Shown: positions 23,046 through 36,804, numbered from the stretch's first letter. The stretch: 64,000 nt of DNA from Selaginella moellendorffii (GCF_000143415.4 NW_003314273.1:62001-126000); one strand, 5' to 3'. Notes: generated by a model not told the origin, from the letters alone. Numbers and translations are program-made.

Positions 23046-26000
23046 TAGGAGTGGCCTCTTCCTCAAATAAAGATGCTGGAGACACCACATCCGGCAAGAC
23101 CGTCTCTGGTAAGTCTGGTAAAAACATTGCTGTTGGATCTGGAGTCTTTGTTTGTTGTTCTCTTTGCTTCTGATGCTTTGAGCGCTCGATGTCCAATGCA
23201 AGGACTATAGCCAGGTACTCTGCAAGCGAAGGGAGATCCTTCACTAAAGTCCAGTTCAAGTCTGGTGCTAAAGTTTCAGTGTAATACCCTTGGATTTGTA
23301 CTAGGGGCTCCACGGTAGGAAATTCTGAACTCAAAGAGCTATAACTTGCATGCAGCACGTCCAATTTGCTTGATTCTTCTTGCTAGTTGTGTGACTGGAT
23401 GTCATCTTTCGTCTCCAAAAAACAGTATGACAAAATATGCTTGAAGTCGTCAGCTACCGGGATTTTAGTAGGAAGATGCTGGCTGTGTAACACCTCAGAG
23501 AGTTGCTGAGGAGAATTGAGTTCAGCTGTCCTGTGAAAGATGGACTCGGTCTGGGGTGACTGTGTCATCAAGCTCTATAAGAGAGAGTTGGTCCCATGCA
23601 AGAAATGAATCGAGGAGCCCTTCCTCTATCAAGAAACACTCTGAAAAGCTGGATATGTGAGCCCGTACCCTATAAGCCCTGCCCTCAAATAAAGAGGGCC
23701 TATCTAGAGGCTCGGCCTTACTCTCAAATAAAGAGAGTGAAGCTGAGAGATGTCTCGGGCTACCTGACTCACCTCCAACTGTGTCAATCGCATTGCATGA
23801 GAAAGCATCCGCCATATAGATGGTTGACGCCACTCAGGAAAAACCTCTGTGAGGTCGGGAGGAAAGTATGGTGTGGAGGCCATCTTAGTTCGAGCTTGCT
23901 GGGCTTGCTGAGAAAGAGCTCTGCCATGGTTGTTGAGAAAGGTGGCACTATGGGTTCCATCGCTAATTTCTAGCATGCCTTATGCGCTGTCAATGGTGCA
24001 ATGGGCTGTGACTTGCCAGGAGCGGCCAAGGATGACGGAGTTTTTCAAAGAGGACGTTCCAAGACGTTGGTAGTCAACCACAAGGAAATCTACCTCAGAA
24101 ATAACACCCTGCACTGAGACCTTGACACCATAGCAAATTCTTGCCGGAGGAACGGTGTGGTTAGCGAAGGTTTTGAGCACGATGGAGGAGCTCTCAGTGA
24201 TCTGTAGCTGTGTTGAAAGGGCAGCTTCGAGAGAGATAATGTTGCTTCCAGAACTAGAGTCAACCAAAGCATCCATCCTACAAGAGGAAGTACCGATCTG
24301 CACCGGGACGAAGAACAGACCAGGATCTCCTCCATATCTTCTCATATCGACAATGTGCACCTCTTGAGGAGTCCTCTTGAGAGTGCTCTCTGGTGTTCCT
24401 GACCGTGCAAACTCCTCCAAATGCTAGCCGAATCCCGGGACAAGACACAACATATCTCAGAGTGAAAAGGTGATGGGAGTGTCAACCAGCTGTTGAAGAA
24501 CCGGCTCCAAAACAGGAGTAGCTGTTGGTGAGATCTTAGGAGGAGGAGAGAGAAGTGACTTGAAGGGGAGTTTACAAGCCACCCTCTATGTCACTGGGCC
24601 TGATGCCAATGGAGAGTCGCTCTCAACTGGCACTGGGGGATCTGTGGCAGGCTGAGCGGCTACCTTCTTCCTCGCTTGGGCTCGAGTGGCTGCGGTTTGC
24701 TGCTGTTGCCTATAGAGTTCCTCGGCTACCAAAATCGTGTTGACTGATGAGACTAGTGCCTTGCCTTTGCTTGACGAAGGGGCTGCCTCAATTGTTTGTC
24801 ACTCCAATTGCTCTTGATATGTCTCTGGACCCCAAGACGATGTGGAATTATCAGCGAAGGGATGTTGTTGGACACGTTGAGAAGATGGAGGCCGAAGCTC
24901 TGGGTGAAGCTTGAAGCAGTACTATGTGTTGTGCGTGTTTGTCTCGCAGTGAGTGCACCAACGGGACATAAATATGCGTTCCCAAGCTGTAGCGGCCTCT
25001 TTCCTAGACTCCACCAGCTCTTGGAGCAGTTTGTCATGGTGTGATTGCTGTTGAAGAATGATCTCCTTCAACTGCCGCATCTCATTGGCAATGTTCTCAA
25101 GAGCCGGAGGTGTATGCTCAATAGCGACAGGCTTTGATGTGGACGGGTGAATAGCTGCACAAGGTGACTCTGACAGGATGATGGCTTGGTCGAAATCAAC
25201 TCTAGCAATCCCCAAGTCGACCAGAAGCTCTCTTTCCAGCTTTGTGGCAAACGAAAATGCCTCGTAGCAAGAGCTGAATGTCTTCTTAAGAAGTTTCCGC
25301 TGCAAGTTCCCACGCAGACCCGCTGTGAATGCTGTGATCCCCTGTTGCTCATCTTGGACTACTCGGCGATCCCAACACTGCTTCCAGTAAGCTCAAAACC
25401 ATGTGATGTAGTCAGGAACAGACTCGTGAGCATCTGCCGGAACGAAAAGAGGTCGACAAGTAGCCGATTTGTGGGTTTTTCTTCAACAAAGCGTTCTCTG
25501 AAAGAAGCAAGTAGTGTCTGGAAGTCTGTCCGGTCCTCTGGGAGGAGAGAATTTGCCCAAGTTGCAACTTTGCCTTCGAGAGACTGCAGGAAGTCGCGGC
25601 ACATACGATCATCGTCGACGATCATGTTTGTGGTGTAGTAGTAATCAAAGCGACTAATATGCGATGTTGGAGAGACTGTTCCAACACCTAAGAAGACCGG
25701 CAGATCACTCCCCTTCTGCAGAACATGGAGCTAAGGTTGATCTAAAGGTGGCTGCGCCATAGCTCGTAGATCTAAGTCACTGGAATCTGTCGAGGAGGAA
25801 GAGGACTCGGCCCAAGAAGGTGCAGTGTCGTACCTAAGCTACCTTTGGATGTTGGAAAGTTTACTCCGTACCTTAGGGCCTTGAGGTATGGTGAAAGGGT
25901 GCCAATTTGTCATATGTCTAGTTTGTACCGGCATCAAATACCCTGAACACTGCAAATGCCCGGTCAAGGCAACTGGGTTGACAGGAGCAAGAAGACTGTA

Positions 26001-27120
26001 GGCTAGTGCTCAAGTTGCTCAAAATGCCTTTGACCTGTAGGGTAACCGCCAGAGTAGCCACTGGAGTAGCCGCTGGAGGGGACACTAGAGTAGCTGTTGG
26101 AGTAGCCACTGGAGTAGCCAGTAGCCGGTGACCGGGGTAGCTGCTAGAGCAGCCACTGGAGCAGCCGCTGGAGCAGCCACTAGAGTAGCCACTAGTGTAG
26201 CTGCTGGAGTAACCGTTGGAGTAGTCGAAGTAGTTGGTAGCCAGTAATTGGGGATTTGTGACCTGTAACCAGTAACCCCTACTCTCGCTCCTACCCTTGC
26301 GCTTGCTCCAACACCAACTCCTATCCCTATGCCTATTCCTACTATCCCTATTCCTACGCCCCTGTTCTTGTTCCTACGGTTACTTGTTCCTTGAAGATTG
26401 CTTCGTTCCCAAGGAACTCCCAACAAAGTTTAGCCCAAAAGAGAAAAATGAGTCTTCCAATCTCGATCCTTCCCCATTTTGACTATTGGTGGGCTCGTTG
26501 GAAAGAGCTCAGCCCCATCTACCCTCTATCGTAGGAATTTGGGAAGAAGCTGCCTCAATATTCCCTGAAATCCACGAAGAGGTAGCCTAGAATGCCAACA
26601 TTGTGGAAAAACATGTGCATGTCTGTGATGTAAATCGATACTAAGGCGCTGTTGGTATTTTCAGAAAGCCTAGGACCAGGAGCACCTCTAGAGATAAATG
26701 GCATTCAAAACAAAGCCAGGAGGAGCATGAATTCCTGCTCCAAAGATAACCTAATCTAGCCGGGGAAGAAAATCCTTTTGCATGCCATCAATTCGCCCAA
26801 ATTTAGTGCCAAGAACCACCACTACTCATAAATTTAGGCCAGATCTACAAGCCCAAATGCACTACCTTGAGAAATTCGGCCGAGGATTCAGGCGAGAAAG
26901 TGAAAACCCCAAAATGTTCATCCGACAGACCCAAGAAACGTTGTATCTCTTCAGATATTGCACGGCTTGATGAGCGCCATACCTTGCTGGAAAGAGGAGC
27001 TCCAGACCTATCCAACACGCCTGAGATCAAAGAAAACCACCACAAGACGAACAAGGAATTCCTTCCCAAACTCTGTGGCCAAAAGAAAAGAGAGAAACGA
27101 CGCTTCAAAAAGTGTTGTGC

Positions 27121-27138
27121 ATCACGCCGGGTTCACCA
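27121..27138 (-). promoter_or_regulatory. Primer binding site, tRNA-Trp-like
   Basis: TGGTGAACCCGGCGTGAT lies 2 nt after the 5' LTR and is complementary to the plant tRNA-Trp 3' end (..CACGUCGGGUUCACCA, recalled). Confidence 0.75.
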
Positions 27139-28869
27139 TTTGTTGGGGGAAGGAGGGGCGCTTCCCCCAACACTCGCTCAAACACAAGAAATGCTTTACT
27201 ACTCTCCACAAAATACCCCCCTCACCCTTGTGAAGCAAGGGTTTTATACAAGGAAGATGGGGAACATTCTGAGGACCAAAATATTCCCTCTCTCTCTCTC
27301 ACTTTCCCGGTGGCCATGCCCTACAGAACCTCCTCCAGAGTTAAAGCCTTTAGTCAAACAAGTTATGGATGAGGGATCCTTGCATGAGGACTCTAGTGTG
27401 AAAATTTCCAAACAAGAGTTCGGTGGTGAGGTTTGGTCGTCCAAGGTTTGATTGGACGTCCTAGAAGGACAATTGGCACAGACCAATGCCTTGCTAGAGA
27501 CTCTTGTATGCAAGCTAAAGCGTGACGAGAAGCAGAAGAAAAAGCGAAAGACTGTAGATGCTGGCAGTGTAGAAGGTGTGGACCTTTCGGTGGGGATTAA
27601 GGCGGAACCAAACAAGGTTAAAGAAACCAAAGTGGAATAAATCTCTCAAGTAGTTCCCAAGTACAAACCAAAGCCTCTACCAATCTTTAAGGGAGTGAAT
27701 GATTATAAGGTGGTGGAGGATTGGTTTTATAATATGGAGGATTACTTCTGAGTGTTGCAGTTATCGAGCTTAGAGAAGGTCTCATATGCAAAACCATACT
27801 TGGTGGATAATGCCAAATCTTGGTGGAAAACAATAAAGGCCACTTGGGAATGATGAAGGTGAAGATTTGCACAACTTATGTTCCTCCAAATGTTACTCTG
27901 CACCTAAGGGATGAGTTGAGTAGGCTGAAGTAGATCAGAACCATTCAAGAGTATATGAATGCATTTATGGCAAAAAGGATATTTGTCACAGACATGGGTG
28001 ATATGGATGTGTTTTATGCCTTCATATTAGGCTTGCAAACCTGGCCTCAAGGCAAGGTGATGCGTTAGAACCTGACCAACTACAAAGAAGCATTGGATGT
28101 AGCTATCAAAGTGCATTTCAATAATAACCTGCAAAAGGGGAACGCAACGGGGTCAAGGTCCACATTTGGGAAAGGGGCCAAACCAAGGGGGACATTCAAG
28201 AAGAGTCTTTTTAAGAATGAGTCCTCAGGGTTCTAGAAAGGTAAGTCTGGTGGCTAGCGAGTAAGTACGTGGGGGAGTCAAGTGAAAAGGGAAAAACCTA
28301 TGGATAAAAAGGTCACGTCTGTTAGTAGTGTGGGAAACAACGTATGCTTCAATTGCGGTGAAGCGAGACACTTTTCGAGGGAATGTTTCTACCCGAAGAA
28401 GGCCAAAGTTAATATGGCCATCAAATTGGGTGAAATCTAAATTGAGATATGTGATCCAGTCCTTAGCTCAAAGTTACTCATTATACAAGCAGCTTTGGTA
28501 GAGAGTTGTTCGCAACATCTACTATCCAAGGGAAATTCGGAGGTAGTTTTGTCTTTATTGACACGGGTGGTTTGGATACTTTTGTGGCTATAGACATAGT
28601 CCAGCAAGCTGGACTAACAATGCAGTGGCTGGGTGAACCAAGGACTATAGCGTTTGTTCAAGGTAGCCAAAGCACTGATGAAGTACTATAGAGTTGAAAT
28701 AAGGATATGGAAAATAGATATGGATTTCACTATGTTGAACATGGCAGAATTTGATGTAATCTTCGGGATGGATTAGTTCAATTGGTTCATGATAGCCTTG
28801 CATGGACAAAGTAAGAACCTTGTGGTACTGGTGAATGCCCCATAAAATTGAGCTGGTCTGGTGCTAAGG

Positions 28870-31380
28870 CGGTGGTTCGCATTTTGACCGCTTCAGCTTT
28901 AAACCAACATCGTGTAGCCAATCCAAAACTTTACAAACATCACGAATATGCTCCTCCCACATCCCCTCCGAGTGGATCAAGACATCATCAATGAAGTCAG
29001 CAGTCACCTCCGACATATTGCAAAGAACCTTGTCCATCATCTACTGGAAAGTTGCTGGACCATTGTTCAAACCAAATGGCATCACCAAGAACTTGTACAA
29101 AGCAAATGGTGTATGAAAAGTAGTCTTAGGAATATCTTCTTTGGCCATTGGTACTTGCTAGTACCCAGAAGCAAGATCTAGCTTGGTGAACAAATTGCTT
29201 CGCCCCAGACGATCCAAGAGATTAGCAGTGTGAGGAAGAGGGTACACATTCGAGATCGTCACTTCATTTAACGGATGATAGTCAATGTAGAAATGAATAC
29301 TCCCATCAAGCTTCGTCACAAGATAAGGTTCACATGCCCAAGGACTCTGCAACTTCCAAATAACACCCTTCTCCAACATCTCTTTGACGGTTGCATGTAA
29401 AATCTTGATTTCCTTGGGTGACCAATGACAAACAGGAACCTTGATTAGACGAGCATCCTTGGTTGGAATTGGATGACATGTGGCAATCTTGGCCCCAGAC
29501 GATATGTCAAATTCAAAGAGATCAGAATACTCCTTCCCTCACGAGAAATATAGTACCCAAGATAAGTTGTATCCTTAGACCCAAACACGCACTTCGACCG
29601 CTTCAGCCAGTAAACCGCCGCAACACAAAGATTATCAAAGGGATCGGAAAAGGGAAGAGCAGAAAAAGATGGAAACATAGTAGGAAATAGTGGGGGAACA
29701 AAAGTAATGGAAGTAGAGGTAGAAGTAGAGGGACGAAGAGGTACGAAAGTAAAAGGAATAAATGAAACATAAGGAAGTATGAGATAAGGGGGAGAAGCCT
29801 CAAAGTCACACTTGGCATGATTGCGCTGCAACCAATCCATACCAAGAATGAGGTCAAAAGCTTGACTCGGCACCACCCGCAATGATTGCAACTCAAGCTT
29901 GAGATCACCTACACACACAACCAGGTCCGCCTCATCCCTTGCACATGTATGTGTACGGCCGTTGCCATAAAAAATGAAAACTGGTTTTGCCACATAACGC
30001 AAGTGTAGACGGCAACATGTGGCAATAGGTTGAGCAATAGAAGATAAATTCGAACCTGTATCAACCTGCCGAGTGAACCCCTTGATGATACTCCTGAAAG
30101 AAAGATGGAGGGGTCACTGACTTATTCGCGCAAGATCCCTCTGTTACTCGCATGACACCTTGTTTCCCAGATGCATCCAAACCTTCCACTGCAACAGCAC
30201 CAACGAGACATTGCTGACGCCAAGGTCTCCACCCAGGAAATGGAGGTTGCCAATCTGGAAAATGCCGACAACACTGCTAAGTATGACTAACTTCATCACA
30301 TGCCCAGCAGCGAACATCATGGCCATGACCACGTCCTCGCCCTTGTTTTTGGACTCGAGCAGCAACAGCATCAACCTCCATTGGAACAGGATCATCACCC
30401 ATAGGAAATGGAGTTGAAGGACGTGCAACGAGAAGTGGAAGAGGTGACGTTTCATAACGTTGTGCCAAGTGAAGAGTATTGTCAAGGGTAGTGAGAAGTC
30501 CAACAAGATCTTAATGAAATGCTAGTCACAACATTCCTAGCTTGATCTGCTCCGACATATTTGGCTCTGCACGAAGCAAAAGACTTCGGAAACAAACGCC
30601 AAATTGCATCACCGACTCCGATGGCCCTTGGTGAAGATAATGAAATGTTAGAAGCCATCATCACAGTTATCGGCATGTTCAAAGGCATGTTTGAAGATGT
30701 CCGAGAGAACACTCCAATCCCCACAAGTGGCTGTGCTCAAACCATTGTACCACTGCAACACCGTCCCTTAAAGACACGTGGGAAACTCACACAAACGTCG
30801 AGCATCATCCCAAGAATGATATGTGGCAATCACCATGATGTTATTAAACCAATAGTACACATCATCCCCAAGATTCTCATGAAAGAATTCCTGCCGAACG
30901 CGAGGATTGGCACCAAGAGTAAGAGGAGTTATACCATGTGCCATTAACACCGCCATCAATTAAGTTTGGTTGTTCAATTGCAAGTGCATAGCATCAAGCA
31001 ATTGTACCAACTGCTGCTCCAGAGTCAAAGGAGGAGATTGTTGATCTGCCATGAAGATGAACGAAAAAGAAAGAGCAAAAGAAGAAAAATGATAAAAAGC
31101 TGAAAGAAATGGTAGATCTAGACAATGCAAAAAACTAGATTTAAACTAAAATCCCAAATCTAAGCACTTTTTAAGGACAATCAAAAATGCCCCTCACCTC
31201 CACCAATGTGAGTGCTTGGAATATGGAAAGAGAATACAAAAAATGTGCATCTCAATTAGCCCAAAACCCTAATTTATATACATGAATGAGTGATTTAGAT
31301 TGAAACCAATCCGACGACTACCAAAATCCCACTACGCTAATATTAGTATGCGGCATCGTAACTGTGCACTTGGCCCTCAC
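28870..31380 (-). mobile_element. Ty3/gypsy family A, 5' part (LTR 31207-31380, PBS TGGTGGAGGTGAGGGG, gag, protease, RT), truncated
   Basis: ~175-bp LTR; zinc-knuckle-like CWACDEVSHT; FDLILGMDWL; RT YIDYHPLN..YPLP..LFTKLDLASGY. The PBS fits a tRNA ending CUCCACCA (Ala-like). Confidence 0.88.
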
Positions 31381-32118
31381 TCTTAAATATAAAGATATTT
31401 AATTTCTTTATAGTTTACACAAAGTTAAAGGTGATGTGTAATTTAAAGTATTTTTGTGTAAATATAAACTCCAAGCTAATTTAGAAATTTAGAAATTGAA
31501 TTATTAGCATCTTTTATGTATATATCTGAATGATATATTAATATAAATATATAAAGCTAAGATTATTAGGCAATAAAATTTTAAACTAATAAATATGAAA
31601 ACAATAGCAATTCATTACAAAAGGCTTTACCATATATATATGTATGCACATTTGAGGTAATAAAAAGTTTATATTGACAAAGAAATATATAAAGTTTCTA
31701 AATTATGAAATGTTATAATTTAGGCAAGAATTAATCTTTAAAAGAACATTCAGCAATGAATAAAAAATTCCTCGAGTGTTTGTTTAATCAAATAGTAACA
31801 AAGTTTTAGCTTCTCATTACTATTTCTATACTTTTAGTTTATAGTTTTTTATGTAAATTTGTAAAACATATTTCTAAACAGAAGCTTCCATAAAAACACA
31901 CACACACACACACAGAGATTAAGAGAGATTAACAATGCAAGTGTTGATGTTGTAGAAGGCAGTAAAAAATCGCCAAAATTTCTGGAGCAAGAACCCCGAA
32001 GGACCGTCTAGATTTTCTAGAAAATGTCAGAGACGTTATTTATTTGAAGTACTTTTTATTGTTTACTCATCGAGATGATGAATCGATAACAGCATCTATC
32101 TTGAAAACCGTCCGTGTT

Positions 32119-32857
32119 TTAGGCAGCCCGGGTAGCATGCTTCCTGTAACGCTCAAGGAATTCAGCAACCTTGTCATCGCTTGGAGTGGATATCTTGATC
32201 ACGTCCACGGAATTTACAGCGTCCACCCACTTGTAGAGATTGGGCCATTCTTCCGGGCCTGGAAGCACGAATCCTCCTACTTTCTGGTAGGATTTGAAAC
32301 AGCAGATGAATGGAGCCAGAGCAACATCTGCAAAGTTCATAGCATCACCGCCAAAGAAAGGCTTGCCTGGAGCGATGGTGCCGAGAGCTTCATCGATTTT
32401 CATCAGAGCCCACTTGAAGTCCTTGCCAGCTTTCTTGTGCTCCTCCCCCATAGCTCGTATGAGTCGGCTCCCGGCGTCATAGAGCTGTTGGTAAGGAAAA
32501 CTCTGGTATTGATCAACCCGGAAGAAGCAACAAGTTTACCTTTTTGTCACCAAAGTCTGCCCAGAAGCGAGCCACAGCCTTTTCGTATGGATCTTCCGGG
32601 AGGAGCTTGTGAGAACCGGGCCACACACTGTCAATGTAGTCGACGATGACGAGAGACTCGCAGATAGGCTTGCCGTTGTGGATGAGAACCGGAATCTTCG
32701 TGTAGATTGGATTTGCCTCGAGAAGCTCCTTGCTCTTGTTGGGTAAACTCTCCTCCTGGTAATCGTAGGACACCCCTTTCAGATCCAGCGCATAGTGGAC
32801 TCTCAAGCCAAACACACTCGGCCAGAAGTTCAAGAGCTTCACACTGTCTTTGGACAT
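32119..32857 (-). CDS. Tau-class glutathione S-transferase 1 (intron 32485-32539, 55 nt)
   Basis: FWPSVFGLRV (catalytic Ser), NKSKELLEANPIYTKIPVLIHNGKPICESLVIVDYID, ARFWADF and FFGGD; single intron typical of GSTU. Confidence 0.95.
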
Positions 32858-33334
32858 GGCTGCTACTCGCACAAAAGAGAAACTCAGAAAATACAAGGCA
32901 CAACGTACCAGCGAGCCGGTGGATGTTCGTTAAGGCACCTTAGAACCTTGGTTTCTTTTCCTTGTACTACACACGCAGGACTGGCGAGCGGCAAGTACCA
33001 CTGCCGCCACAAATCGCCCACCAAAATCAGCGAGAGGCGTCCATCAAGAGCAGCAGCACTACAGGGCAGCAGAGTTGCGATCACGGTCGGTAGATTAACT
33101 CGAAGGTTGTCAACTTCAGAGGAAAGAAAGAAAAAAAGAGCACAGATCATTCAGGTATAAATCAAAGAGACTGACAATTTCTGTTGTGGAGACGGGTTCC
33201 AAGTGATGAATTTGAGAGAGGAGTGTTGTACCACCACATCTAACTCGTTTTTATGGGTTTTGGATCACAACTGTACAATAAAAATGGCAAGTTCTTGGGC
33301 AAATTAAAATAAAAATTGATTACTTTCAAAAGAT

Positions 33335-33367
33335 GCAGCGGAAGCGTGGTGGGCCCATAACCCATAG
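33335..33367 (+). pseudogene. Initiator tRNA-Met fragment (D arm and anticodon arm)
   Basis: GCAGCGGAAGCGTGGTGGGCCCATAACCCATAG matches plant tRNAi-Met including the CAT anticodon; the 3' half is absent. Confidence 0.85.
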
Positions 33368-33612
33368 ATGATATTAATTGTTAAAAAGTCTTAAACTACC
33401 ACATGATTAGTTTAATATTTGTGTACTTGTTTAATGCTAAAATAATAAAATTTTAATTTTAATATTAAAAGGGTTATCGAGAAAATTTGCAACAGAAATG
33501 AGATGGATCTTTCTAAATTATAAATTAGAATAAATTGCCAATATTTGACTCGCAAGCAAGACGACCAGCTTTGCGACAAATGGATATTAGGTTATATACA
33601 TCGGTTCTTCTT

Positions 33613-33845
33613 GCACATCGTTCACATGCTCGAGGTGGACAAGTACCCGTATCGCAACATAAGTGCTTGCAATTCTTGTGTCACTGGCAGTGCAGCTAAG
33701 ATGGTTTCTTTTCCTTGTACTACAAATGCAGGACCGGCGAGTGGCAAGTACCACTCCCACCACAAATTGCCCACCAAAGTCAGCGTCCATCAAGAGCAGC
33801 AGCACTACAGGGCAGCAGAGTTGCAGTCACGGTCGGTATATTAAC
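33613..33845 (+). pseudogene. 3' end of a receptor-like kinase (RLCK-V-like) gene; last exon also duplicated at ~32979-33098
   Basis: HIVHMLEVDKYPYRN, then a decayed donor (ATAAGT), intron, CAG and DRRV...; this directly continues KRPKMG found at 45740 on the other strand. Confidence 0.75.
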
Positions 33846-34135
33846 TTGAAGGTTGTCAACTCGCTGGAAGGCTCTTTTGGAGTAGATGGGTTGATGCAAA
33901 CGGTCAGACGTCACAAGGGGATATATATCCTGCAAGAAATAACAGGGAATAAATAAAAAAGAGAACAGATCATTCAGGTATAAATCAAAGAGGTTGACAA
34001 TTTCTGTTGTGGAGATGGTTCCAGGTGATGAGAAGAGTGTTGTACCACACACATCTAACTCATTTTTATGGGTTTTGGATCACATCTGTACAATAAAAAT
34101 GACAAGTTCTAATAAAAATTGATCACTCTCAAAAT

Positions 34136-34149
34136 ATCAGAGTGGCGCA
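34136..34149 (+). pseudogene. Initiator tRNA-Met 5' end fragment
   Basis: ATCAGAGTGGCGCA sits at the position homologous to the 33335 fragment in the duplicated segment. Confidence 0.7.
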
Positions 34150-34459
34150 AACCAATGATATTAATTGTTAAAAAGTCTTAACTACCATATGATTTACTTG
34201 TTTAACTATTTAGGGCTAAAATAACAAACTTTTCATTTTAATATTAAAAGGGTTAAGAGAATCTAAATTATAAATTAGAATAAATTGCCAATATTTGACT
34301 CGCATGCAAGAACCTTTTTGGTAAGTATTGAATGTTGAGATTCAAACTTCTATCAAGCCTTTGCAACAAATGGATATCAGGTTATATATAGCAGTTCTTC
34401 TTTATTCAAAGAAGTATCTACATATATACATCGAGATTTCAAGTTTGGCACATCCTACT

Positions 34460-34683
34460 TTATGTAGACCCAATAGCTCACTTCCTGATAACCTCGGCAA
34501 ATCTAGCAACCTTGTCTGGGCTTGGAGTGGATTTCCTGATTGCTTCTATAAACTTAATAGTGCTTACCCACTTGTGGAATTCTTTTGGGCCCAAAAGCAT
34601 GAATCCTCCCACTTTCTGGTAGTCTTTTAACTAGTAGATGAATGGAGCTAGAGCAACATTTGCAAAGTTCATAGCATTGCCGC
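34460..34683 (-). pseudogene. Tau GST pseudogene (3' part of exon 2), truncated by an LTR
   Basis: AMNFANVALAPFIY* and the downstream sequence are homologous to the 44954-45681 gene, including its 3' flank. Confidence 0.85.
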
Positions 34684-35238
34684 TGTTAGAGCGATAGGAA
34701 AACCACGAAGCAGAACCTAAACCCTCCATGTGCCATGTGTCACATGCCACATGTCCAAGGATAGTAGAGTGGAACCCAAGTTTCAAGGCCTTGGGCCATT
34801 GAATGAAGGAACGGGGCCAACTCCCAAGCTTATAGTCAAGGAGCAAAAGAACCGGAGCACAGAATGACTCTTGAATATTCAACCTAAGGAGTGAAGGGAT
34901 AGGAGTATAGAGCGATGTTAAAACAATCCTAGAGCATCCAAGATCCTAATGCTAGGACCAGCATACAAACGGAGCCAAATAAAGTTTAGCATTATTTTAG
35001 CATATTAGTGGCCTAACATGAGGATATGGGTGGAGCTTAGGGTTAGACTTGAATGCAGAACAAGAACAAGAATGCAAGCCGAAGTTAGACTATAATTCAG
35101 GTTAGTTAACCATGCTCGACCTACTCACTATCTCTACTATATATTAGAAACCCCTCACAAACCCCTCATAGCACACAAGGGGCATGATAGTGAAGGTGTT
35201 TGGCAGACACATAAGCTAATTGAGGGACTAGTCTCAAC
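34684..35238. mobile_element. Probable LTR (~555 bp)
   Basis: TGTTAGAG...CTCAACA termini; begins exactly where GST homology stops; no TSD seen. Confidence 0.5.
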
Positions 35239-36804
35239 ATGTGGGGGTTCTTGTAACTAGCTAGTGCAAAATACAACAAAACAAGAACTCATTACTAGGT
35301 TAAATATACTTAGTTAATAGCACGTAGGAATTCCATCTTTATGCTCATTTGATCTAAGTATACTTGAAATGCCAGTTAACTCCACTAGCACAAGAGGGAC
35401 TGATAAAGGGTCCAATAATATCAGCTTTCTACCATCATGGCAATAAGGAAAGAATGTCCGAAAGGATTAGCCAACAAGTAAATTTCGATACCCATAGTCA
35501 CATTTGTAACACGCTCCTCCAATTAGGGAAAATTGACATTCTTGTTGATGCATACTCTAATTTAAACCACTGGCAAAGGAAACAACTTTAGAAAAAGTTC
35601 ACGGTAGTCATACTATGTAAGAATGCACCAATTTAAATGAGTTAAGAAAACCTCTTTGTTTAACACAAATGCACTACAACTTAGACACCTTCTAGCTGTC
35701 GCTGACAAAAAAATAACTAACAGAGTTAACCACCTTTGTTGCTCTAGGTGTCACCCATCTTACAAAAGAGTGATATGCCCCTACCCATAGGTGGTATAGA
35801 GAGAAAAGCCAAAAACCCCAACCCTCTTGAGCAAAAGAATCAAACCCATTAGTAAAGTTTAAATAGATTACTATAAATAAGCAATTAGAGTTGCTTATAT
35901 GGTTACTCCCTTTTAAACAAAATAAAGAATATTGAGAGAGGGGTGGGTGATATGACCAGTCGACAGTAACTACTTTATGACTAGAGATTTCATCATGCAC
36001 GTGAAGTGCCGAAGTCAGTTTACATATACTAGCCTAAACGAAAAGATCAAAAGATGGACAATATAAAAATCATAGACAATGATATCTTAGAGATTAAATT
36101 ATCAGTGAATAAATTTTAGATGAGAACACAAAAGTATTCTAAATAGGTTATCATTCAATAAACTAATATTAGAGTACATAAACCACCAAGATCATCAATT
36201 GGTTAAAGTTATAGGATTAACCATCTAAAAAAATTCAATAGCAAGTATATCATCAAGTTAACTCAATGAGAAAGTTTAACTATTGAAAATTGTAGAGAGT
36301 ATGCTAAAAACTTACATAAAATAATCTAAAGAACATAAAATATTATTGATTGGCAAGCAAAATACTCACGAATGTATTATCTAAATAAAATAACATCTAA
36401 TCTATCAAAATTAATTGTAGTAATAATCAATAGAATAGAATGAATATTACAAAGCAAACAAACACTCATTCATATCAACTATTGCACTAGCCAATCTGAA
36501 GAGATCTCAGTCAACAATATGAAGGAATTTAAATTGCTTAAATAAGCGTTAGCAACATCCTACCGATTTCTCAAACCTAAGAGACCAATTCATAAAAATC
36601 CACAAAGAACATGTGGTAATGCAGAAAGCCATAAATTATTAAGACAATAACTAACCATTATAAAAGATCATCAATAATCCAATCAATAAAGAGATGCAAA
36701 ATCATCATTAAAAAAAGAATCTGTCATCCCAAAGAACAACAAATTATTCAACATTAAGAACAATCAAGCAAAACTTTTGATAAGGATAATTAATTAACCC
36801 AAGT

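Larger units (their letters stand above)
18269..27325 (-). mobile_element. Full-length but mutated Ty3/gypsy Tat-lineage LTR retrotransposon with order GAG-PROT-aRH-RT-RH-INT
   Basis: Two ~186-bp LTRs (18269-18455, 27141-27325; TG..CA) with a GAAC target duplication. gag ~25700-24750, protease ALVDSSSG, RT LRVYMDDL, RH EKEAMAIV, integrase YYPECNGQAESSNK and WTGPY. Many stops and frameshifts. Confidence 0.93.
17054..28860 (+). mobile_element. Ty3/gypsy element, family B, 5' part (LTR from 17054, gag from ATG 18262, zinc knuckle, protease), interrupted by the Tat element and truncated
   Basis: TG start. The gag frame MEP|PPELKPLV resumes at 27326; CFNCGEARHFSREC (CCHC) at 28345; FIDTG protease motif ~28555. 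The LTR start matches the reverse complement of 51100-51392. Confidence 0.75.
32948..34402. repeat. Direct duplication of ~650-700 bp (32948-33611 and ~33700-34402)
   Basis: Collinear matches from ggtttcttttccttgtactac through atcattcaggtataaatcaaagag to caaatggatat.aggttatata. Confidence 0.9.

Noticed and set aside
28447-28492. Possible intron at the family B gag-protease junction (ATATGT...AAGCAG)
   Set aside because: The donor lacks GT and removing 46 nt does not join the two frames; worth revisiting only with a consensus.
14250-31380. One large family A element bounded by the 14250 and 31207 LTRs
   Set aside because: RT is present twice (16500-17050 and 28870-29420) and the LTRs are very diverged, so these are two copies.
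33335-33367. Functional tRNA-Met gene
   Set aside because: Acceptor stem and T arm are missing.
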